From contig JBBIMK010000021.1 of assembly GCA_037444445.1 (NCBI GenBank), positions 4,494 through 36,493 of the forward strand: a DNA stretch of 32,000 bases, read 5' to 3'. Numbering within the stretch: the stretch's first letter is position 1; every line of letters begins with the position of its first letter. The DNA is from a bacterium. Lineage in GTDB: Bacteria > UBP7 > UBA6624 > JBBIMK01. The notes beneath the pieces were generated by a model. It was given only the letters and a program-made list of their open reading frames with translations. It was not told where the DNA came from and searched no databases. This document shows positions 26,153 through 32,000 of this stretch, one piece after another. The translations under genes were made by a program, and so were the position numbers.

Positions 26153-27043
26153 ATGAGAAAAGGAATGATGCTCGTGTTTGCAGTCTTCTTCCCGCTTTTG
26201 TTTTCTCCATCAACACAGCAGAGGAAGCACCCGAGGTGGATAACTCTGGAGGATAAGGTGGCCTCGGGGCAGTGGTTTGAATTGAAGGAGATTGAGGAGC
26301 CTTCAGGAATTGTTTTTGTTCCTCTTCGTGGCACTCTTTTTGTCATCGGCGACGAAGGCGATGTGGCGGAATTATCAAAGGAAATGAGAATCCTCAAGCA
26401 GAAGCGCCTCGCACCGTTAGAAGGAGGGGAAAATTATGACCTGGAAGGTGTAACCTATAATCCCTTCAATAATCGCTTGTATGTGGTTGTGGAAGGCGAA
26501 GACATCATTTTTGAGCTTCACCCGGAAACCCTAAAAATCCTGAGAAAATTTCCTGTGGACCGCTCGTTTGGTGAGAACCCGGAAATCATTAAACCCGGGG
26601 GAAATGGGATAGAGGGGATTACTTTTGTTCCGGATGTTTCTTCGCCGGAAGGAGGGTTTTTCTATGCAGTGAATCAAATGGACCCACCGTTGATTTTGAA
26701 GCTTTCCGTCCCGATTCTTTCCTCATCCACCAATGCTTCAGCAAAAATTCTGCAAACTTTTACTCTCCCTCTTTCTGTTCGTTCTCTTAACGAAATTCAA
26801 TACGACGAGACAAGACGCATTTTTTACATTCTCACGGGCTTCTGGAACACCTGGTATATCGCGGATGAGAAGATGAACATCCTTTTTCGTGGACCTTTCC
26901 CGGGTCTTCAATCCGAGGGGCTGACCTTTGATGATGAAGGCAACCTGTATATTGCAGAGGATGCGGGTGGCGTCGTTAAAATCTCCTTCCACACCCCCCT
27001 CTTTTCAACATCACCCTCTCGTTCACCTCTCCTTCTCCCCTGA
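26153..27043 (+). CDS. secreted beta-propeller protein, SdiA-regulated/YjiK or phytase-like family (tentative)
   Basis: N-terminal signal-like MRKGMMLVFAVFFPLLFSPS. Recurring EPSGIVF, DLEGVTY, GIEGITF and SEGLTFDDEGNLYIAEDAGG blades resemble PF06977/PF13449-type repeats. The family call is from memory only. Confidence 0.55.
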   Translation: MRKGMMLVFAVFFPLLFSPSTQQRKHPRWITLEDKVASGQWFELKEIEEPSGIVFVPLRGTLFVIGDEGDVAELSKEMRILKQKRLAPLEGGENYDLEGVTYNPFNNRLYVVVEGEDIIFELHPETLKILRKFPVDRSFGENPEIIKPGGNGIEGITFVPDVSSPEGGFFYAVNQMDPPLILKLSVPILSSSTNASAKILQTFTLPLSVRSLNEIQYDETRRIFYILTGFWNTWYIADEKMNILFRGPFPGLQSEGLTFDDEGNLYIAEDAGGVVKISFHTPLFSTSPSRSPLLLP

Positions 27044-27050
27044 AAAAAAG

Positions 27051-27059
27051 TGATACAAT
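27051..27059 (+). promoter_or_regulatory. candidate extended -10 promoter TGATACAAT for hsp20
   Basis: TG at 27051-27052 and TACAAT at 27054-27059. AAGGAGGTGA (27070-27079) follows, then ATG 27086. No -35 is seen. Confidence 0.4.
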
Positions 27060-27085
27060 AAATTTGGTTAAGGAGGTGAGCCATA

Positions 27086-27556
27086 ATGAGCAGTAGTAGC
27101 GATAGGGAAAGGGAAGAGGAAAGATTTCTGCCCAGAATATTTCGGGAAGGCTTGCGGGATTGGATGGAAGAGTTTTTGCCAGAGCGATGGTGGGAGCCGA
27201 GTTTGCCCCGAAGAGGACGGGGGCTTGCCTGGGGCCCTGCTCTGGATTTCTACGAGACGGAGGACGCTTATCATGTAGAAATGGATTTACCCGGATGGAA
27301 GAAGGAAGAGATTAAAATTCAGAAGAAAGGCAATCATCTGGAAATCCGGGGAGAGAAGAGAGAAGAGCACGAAGTTCGGAAAGAGAATTATATTCGTAGA
27401 GAGCGTCGGAGTGGGAGCTTTGTCCGTACCGTCCCGATTCCTGATGATGCGGATGTTTCTTCCATTAAGGCGAAATTTGAAGGGGGCCTTTTACACGCTA
27501 CAATCCCCAAAAAAGAAGAAAAGAAAAAGCCTGAAATAATCGTGGAAATTGAATAA
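27086..27556 (+). CDS. small heat shock protein, Hsp20/alpha-crystallin family
   Basis: The alpha-crystallin domain reads PALDFYETEDAYHVEMDLPGWKKEEIKIQKKGNHLEIRGEK...RRERRSGSFVRTVPIPDDADVSSIKAKFEGGLLHATIPK. A strong Shine-Dalgarno sequence lies upstream. Confidence 0.95.
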   Translation: MSSSSDREREEERFLPRIFREGLRDWMEEFLPERWWEPSLPRRGRGLAWGPALDFYETEDAYHVEMDLPGWKKEEIKIQKKGNHLEIRGEKREEHEVRKENYIRRERRSGSFVRTVPIPDDADVSSIKAKFEGGLLHATIPKKEEKKKPEIIVEIE

Positions 27557-27672
27557 CTGAGTGCAGACTGCCGAAGGACAGCCGGATTGCTTCCCTGCAC
27601 GACCATAGCAATTGGATTTCAAGGATAGAGCGGTTCCGATTGAATCCGGGTCCCTGAAAGAAAACCCCCTTA

Positions 27673-27681
27673 TGTTACAAT
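27673..27681 (+). promoter_or_regulatory. candidate extended -10 promoter TGTTACAAT upstream of the tRNA
   Basis: TG at 27673-27674 and TACAAT at 27676-27681, 19 nt before the tRNA 5' end. Confidence 0.4.
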
Positions 27682-27700
27682 GAAACAGGATTCACCGGGC

Positions 27701-27774
27701 GGGGGCATAGTTTAATGGTAGAACAGATGATCCGCAGTCATCCGGTCCGGGTTCGACTCCCGGTGCCTCCACCA
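27701..27774 (+). tRNA. tRNA, probable Ala (anticodon CGC), CCA encoded, unusual C33
   Basis: Acceptor GGGGGCA/TGCCTCC with G3:U70 wobble and A73 discriminator, which are Ala identity elements. D arm GTTT-AATGGTA-GAAC. Anticodon stem GATGA/TCATC with loop TCCGCAG. 4-nt variable loop. T arm CCGGG-TTCGACT-CCCGG. 3' CCA. Confidence 0.78.
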
Positions 27775-27833
27775 TCGGCTAAAAGGTTCAGTCCCGGTCC
27801 TCTCTAATTTTTAACGGGCTTTTCTCGCGGGTT

Positions 27834-27848
27834 GTATAATGGGGAAGG
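27834..27848 (+). promoter_or_regulatory. candidate -10 (TATAAT 27835-27840) plus GGGGAAGG abutting the gatA ATG
   Basis: TTAACG (27811-27816) - 18 nt - TATAAT. The ATG at 27849 is only 8 nt after the -10. The 15-mer is identical to 23972-23986. Confidence 0.35.
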
Positions 27849-29300
27849 ATGAGCAACCTGCAAGGGATGACTCTGCTGGACCTTTTCCGTTTGCAGTGTG
27901 ATGGGAAGGCGTCACCGGAGGAGGTTCTTCAGGAGTTATGGGCGGTTACGGAGAGGCTGGACCCGGTTCTCAGGGCTTATATTTCCCGATGGCAGGAAAT
28001 TCCAGCAGTTACACAATCCGAACCTGTTTTACCGATAGCGCTGAAGGACAACCTGTGCACCCGGGATTATCCCACCACCTGCGGTTCAAAAATGCTAATG
28101 GATTTTCGCCCGCAGTATGATGCTACCGCTGTAAAGAAATTGAGGAATGCCGGCGCTGTTTTCCCGGGTAAAACGAATATGGATGAGTTTGGTATGGGGT
28201 CTTCTACGGAGAATTCGGGCTTTTTTGTGACGAAGAATCCGTATGATATAACCCGGGTGCCAGGAGGGTCCAGCGGGGGAAGTGCAGTGGCGGTGGCTAC
28301 CGGCATGGTTCCAGCGGCTTTGGGAACTGACACGGGTGGAAGCGTGCGCCAGCCAGCTTCCTTCTGTGCCCTTGTGGGCATCCGCCCCACCTACGGCCTG
28401 GTTTCACGATACGGACTTGTGGCCTTCGCTTCCTCTTTAGATACTATCGGTGTCCTCGCCAGAACCGTGGAAGATACAGCCCTTATCCTCTCTCTCATCT
28501 CCGGAAAAGACCCGAAAGACAGCACCTCCAGACAGGGATTTACCGCGAGGATTCCCGAGGATTTAGCGATTTCCACTCCTTTCACACTCGGGCTCGTGAA
28601 GGAACTATGTGAGGGGGAAGAAGTGGAGGAGGAGGTGAAGCAATCTCTGGATTCTGCTGTTAGAACTTTTGAAAATCTCGGGTATAAAATCCAGGAGGTT
28701 TCAGTTCCACATATCCGATATGCTCTGGATTCCTACTATGTGATAGCACCGGCGGAGGCGAGTTCCAATCTTGCACGCTATGACGGTGTAAAATACGGCT
28801 ATAGAGAAATGGGAGGGGGAAGGGGAAAGAAGAAAGAAGGAGAACAGGTTACACTGGAAGAAATGTATGCTTTCACCAGGTCTAAAGGCTTCGGGGATGA
28901 AGTGAAGCGGAGAATCTTGCTGGGGGTGTTCGTCCTGTGTTCCGGGTATTATGAAGCCTACTATCAAAAGGCTCTTACTTTAAGAAAACGCATTGCCGAT
29001 GAACTTTTAGAGGCACTCCAATCGTGCGATGCTCTACTTACTCCTACCTCACCGACCCCGCCTTTCCGGCTGGGAGAGCGGCTGGACTCCCCATTGAAGA
29101 TGTACTATTCTGATATGGACACTTTGCCCGCGGCTCTGGCGGGAATTCCCGCTATTTCCATCCCTTCCGGGTTTACTCGCTCCGGCTTGCCGATAGGCAT
29201 TCAATTTATGGGTAAGCCATTTGATGAACTCACCCTGTTCCGGATTTCTTACGCCTTCCAGGAAGCCACAGGGCTGAAGAACCTGATGGTGAAAGGTTGA
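27849..29300 (+). CDS. gatA: Asp-tRNA(Asn)/Glu-tRNA(Gln) amidotransferase subunit A
   Basis: Near-colinear by eye with B. subtilis GatA: PIALKDNLCT, MDEFGMGSSTENS, amidase signature VPGGSSGGSAVAVA, GTDTGGSVRQPASFC, and SRYGLVAFASSLDTIG. Alternative start at Met7 (27867). gatB and gatC are not adjacent. Confidence 0.92.
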   Translation: MSNLQGMTLLDLFRLQCDGKASPEEVLQELWAVTERLDPVLRAYISRWQEIPAVTQSEPVLPIALKDNLCTRDYPTTCGSKMLMDFRPQYDATAVKKLRNAGAVFPGKTNMDEFGMGSSTENSGFFVTKNPYDITRVPGGSSGGSAVAVATGMVPAALGTDTGGSVRQPASFCALVGIRPTYGLVSRYGLVAFASSLDTIGVLARTVEDTALILSLISGKDPKDSTSRQGFTARIPEDLAISTPFTLGLVKELCEGEEVEEEVKQSLDSAVRTFENLGYKIQEVSVPHIRYALDSYYVIAPAEASSNLARYDGVKYGYREMGGGRGKKKEGEQVTLEEMYAFTRSKGFGDEVKRRILLGVFVLCSGYYEAYYQKALTLRKRIADELLEALQSCDALLTPTSPTPPFRLGERLDSPLKMYYSDMDTLPAALAGIPAISIPSGFTRSGLPIGIQFMGKPFDELTLFRISYAFQEATGLKNLMVKG

Positions 29301-29365
29301 GGAGTCAGGAGGGAGAAATTTGAGGCCTGCCATACAAACGGTAGAACAATGAAGGAGGAAGAATT

Positions 29366-31906
29366 ATGGAAGAAAAGGCGAGGAGAAAAATTCTATGGCT
29401 GTGGGTGGTGTTCCTATGGTCATTTTCAGCATGGGAACCCCCCACGAAGACAGTGCTGGATAACGGGGTTCGTGTCATACTGGCCCCCGACTCTTCCAGA
29501 CCCCTAATCAGCCTGGCGCTCCTCGTGGATGGGAGTTCGCGGATTGAGACCGAAGAGTTTGCCGGCGTTTCTCATATGTTAGAGCACATCGTCGTTCGCG
29601 GCCCATCGGAAAAACAGGACATCCTACAATTCCGCCAGGCACTCTGGGAACTGGGGCAAGAATCGGTGTATACCTCCAGCGACTATGTGTTCTACTCTTT
29701 CACCGTCCCGAAAGAAAATCTGGATGAAACCCTGTGGCGGTTCGTGGATATGACCCTGAAATTGAAAGTGACTCCTTCAGAAGTGGAAAAGGAAAGGGAG
29801 GTGGTGGCGCAGGAACTACGGATGAACCTGGATAATCCATGGAGTCAGTTATTTGACACGCTGGATTCCATTGCATTTCAGGTTCATCCCTACCGTCGTC
29901 CTGTGATTGGATTTGAGCCCGTTATTCGCCAAATCACGCCGGAACGCATAGATTATTTTTACCGACACACCTTCGTCCCAGAGAACCTCGTCATTGCCGT
30001 GGTGGGAGATTTTGAACCACCCGTGATTTTGAAAAAACTCAATGAAACCTTTGGAAAGATAGAAAATACAGATCCCTTGCCAGAACTGGAGCCCGGTGTC
30101 CAAACCTTTTCCACTGTTTCAGCAACGAAGGAGAAGGAGATGAAAACGGAAAATGTGTATCTAACGATGGCATTTCCGGTGGGAGAAGGCTTGCTTCCTG
30201 ACCGGGCGGAATGGGAAGTCTTTACCCGCATCTTAGGAAAGGGGGGTAACTCTCTTCTGCATAGAAAATTGGTGGACACAGGGCTTGCCGCACAGGCGTT
30301 TGCTGAACTCTCTGTTCGGAAGAGAGGAACCCTTCTAATCCTGGGTGCTATTTTGAAAGATGCTTCCCTGATTGAAAAGATTGAGCAGGAAATGCTGTCT
30401 GCCCTACAGGCAGCCAGGGGGATAAACCTCACACCACAGGCGGTGAAAAAAGCGCGTGAAAAAGTCTACGCAGAAGAGATTTTGAATAAAGAATCTTTTG
30501 TCAGCCGGGCGAATGAATATGCCTACTGGGAAATTTTAGGAGATTATTCCGGCTGGGATGCCTACATAAAAAGATTGAAGGAACTGACGGAGGATGATGT
30601 GATAAAAACTCTTTCGGGGTGGGTGCCGGAAGTGCGGTATGAGGTGGTGATACGGCCGGAGGGCACGGCGCCTGTGTCTTCCGTTTCGCGCTCCTTCAGC
30701 CTTCCCAACGGCTTTCACATTGTTCTCAAGCCCAATACTTCCTACCCCGTGGTGGCAGGCTCTCTCGTTTTTCCCGGCGGAGTTCGCACCGAGGCTATCC
30801 CGGGCTTGAACGCCCTTACTATCCGCCTTCTGTTGAAAGGAACTGTGAAACAAACTGCTCGTGAAATTGCAGATTTTCTGGATGAAAACGGAATTCAGAT
30901 GAGCGCCGATAGCGACTGGGATGCAGGCTACCTGTCCTTCCGTGCTCCTTCTAACGCCCTGCCCGCTGTTTTTGCTCTCCTGCAAGAAATCCTTCAGAGC
31001 CCCTCCTTTCCACCCGAGGAAATAGACAAAGTGAAAAGGGAAATGGTCAGTGAAATACGCGATATGCAGAGCGATAATTTTGACTCTGCCCGATTGCTCT
31101 TCTTTCGCTCCTTTTTTGGCTCTACCCCTTATGCTAACGACCCGAGAGGCACAGAAGATTCCTTGAACGCCATCCAGAGAAAAGATATTGTATCCCACTT
31201 CAAGAGCCTATTTACATCAGCCAATGGCACACTGGTTCTTGTAGGAGATATGGATGCGTCCGAAGTGATGGAGAGCCTTAAAAAAACCCTCGGCGGGCTG
31301 GAAAAAGCAAATTCCCCATCCCCCCTTTCCCCTTCTCTGACGCCTTCCAGCACAGGCGTGCTGCGAAACGAGCGCCAATCCTCCCATCAAGTCATCATTG
31401 ATTTTGGCTTTCCTGCCCCTTCCGCTGGTCACCCTGACTTCGTGCCAGTTCTTCTGCTCCGCAGTGTCCTGGGTATGTCTCTGTTCAAACGATTCGTGTA
31501 TGACGAAGGCATTGCTTATCGGATGTGGACCCGGTATCCTTATGGGGTGAATCCCGGAATCTTTTATATTGAAACCGGCGTCTCGCCGGAACATGTGAAA
31601 TACATCCAGGAGGAAGTGCTGAAAGAAATTCAGAAGATACAAACAAAAGGAGTGAATGAAGAAGAGCGCCGGCGTGCTATCAACCGGCTGAAGACCTCCC
31701 ATCTTCTCACCGCCTCTCTCTCTTCTTCTCTTGCCTCCAGCCTGACATCCTTTGAGGCGTTAGGGCTGGGGAGCGAATTCTGGGAAGCCCTGCCCGAGAA
31801 ACTGGAGCAGGTTACCGCAGAGCAGATTCAAAAGGCGGCACAAACATACCTGGCCCCCGAAAACCTTCTCCTCGTCTACTCCGGTCCCGGTGTGGACAAC
31901 TATTGA
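29366..31906 (+). CDS. two-module M16 (pitrilysin) family zinc peptidase, probably secreted
   Basis: Signal-like ILWLWVVFLWSFSAW. Inverted zinc motif HxxEH in GVSHMLEHIV in the first half. The second half (from about residue 440) repeats the M16 fold without HxxEH. GAAGGAGG lies upstream. Confidence 0.88.
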   Translation: MEEKARRKILWLWVVFLWSFSAWEPPTKTVLDNGVRVILAPDSSRPLISLALLVDGSSRIETEEFAGVSHMLEHIVVRGPSEKQDILQFRQALWELGQESVYTSSDYVFYSFTVPKENLDETLWRFVDMTLKLKVTPSEVEKEREVVAQELRMNLDNPWSQLFDTLDSIAFQVHPYRRPVIGFEPVIRQITPERIDYFYRHTFVPENLVIAVVGDFEPPVILKKLNETFGKIENTDPLPELEPGVQTFSTVSATKEKEMKTENVYLTMAFPVGEGLLPDRAEWEVFTRILGKGGNSLLHRKLVDTGLAAQAFAELSVRKRGTLLILGAILKDASLIEKIEQEMLSALQAARGINLTPQAVKKAREKVYAEEILNKESFVSRANEYAYWEILGDYSGWDAYIKRLKELTEDDVIKTLSGWVPEVRYEVVIRPEGTAPVSSVSRSFSLPNGFHIVLKPNTSYPVVAGSLVFPGGVRTEAIPGLNALTIRLLLKGTVKQTAREIADFLDENGIQMSADSDWDAGYLSFRAPSNALPAVFALLQEILQSPSFPPEEIDKVKREMVSEIRDMQSDNFDSARLLFFRSFFGSTPYANDPRGTEDSLNAIQRKDIVSHFKSLFTSANGTLVLVGDMDASEVMESLKKTLGGLEKANSPSPLSPSLTPSSTGVLRNERQSSHQVIIDFGFPAPSAGHPDFVPVLLLRSVLGMSLFKRFVYDEGIAYRMWTRYPYGVNPGIFYIETGVSPEHVKYIQEEVLKEIQKIQTKGVNEEERRRAINRLKTSHLLTASLSSSLASSLTSFEALGLGSEFWEALPEKLEQVTAEQIQKAAQTYLAPENLLLVYSGPGVDNY

Positions 31907-32000
31907 GACTCTGAAGGTTTCGCCCTTTCTTTCCGAAATTTCACCGATTCTCTTGCCCTCAGCGTTTATCCCGAAGTGGAATTGGGCACCGAACAGCGAT

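Noticed and set aside
27561-27600. GTGCAG...CTGCAC 6-bp stem after the hsp20 stop as its terminator
   Set aside because: The loop is 28 nt and no T-tract follows, so it does not meet intrinsic-terminator criteria.
21189-27700. The segment between tRNA-Ser and the second tRNA as a tRNA-targeted genomic island
   Set aside because: No integrase or recombinase gene is present. I could find no direct repeat of either tRNA 3' end at the far boundary, and no obvious compositional break by eye.
30536-31198. 220-codon minus-strand ORF inside the M16 peptidase gene
   Set aside because: Shadow ORF opposite a gene with an HxxEH motif and a two-module M16 architecture.

Overview
Bacterial window of roughly 50-55% GC by eye. 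I cannot assign a lineage without a database search. All product calls come from motifs I recognise in the supplied translations; no search was run. The core (2663-20604, minus strand) is one uninterrupted division/cell-wall (dcw) supercluster: mraZ-rsmH-ftsL-ftsI-murE-murF-mraY-murD-ftsW-murC-murB-ftsQ-ftsZ-yggS-sepF-uppP-ftsK. That is 17 genes joined by overlaps (often ATGA) or gaps of 16 nt or less. murG, ddl and ftsA are not in the cluster, while sepF is. Left of it lie a thioredoxin-domain YyaL-like gene (+) and the first 26 codons of a minus-strand ORF carrying a (TTCC)5 microsatellite. Right of mraZ the window looks more accessory. It holds a 490-nt spacer, tRNA-Ser(GGA), and a tautomerase-family gene broken by a 1-nt frameshift. 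Then come a 706-aa orphan helical-repeat protein whose units read like pentatricopeptide (PPR) repeats, the most unusual object here, and an MFS transporter translationally coupled to a SAM methyltransferase. These are followed by a secreted beta-propeller protein, Hsp20, a tRNA with Ala identity elements but C at position 33, gatA, and an 846-aa two-module M16 peptidase. I saw no CRISPR array, rRNA, transposase, integrase or recognisable defence or toxin genes. I did not find a multi-gene system I can defend as novel. The PPR-like protein and several small regulatory or repeat oddities are the best leads.
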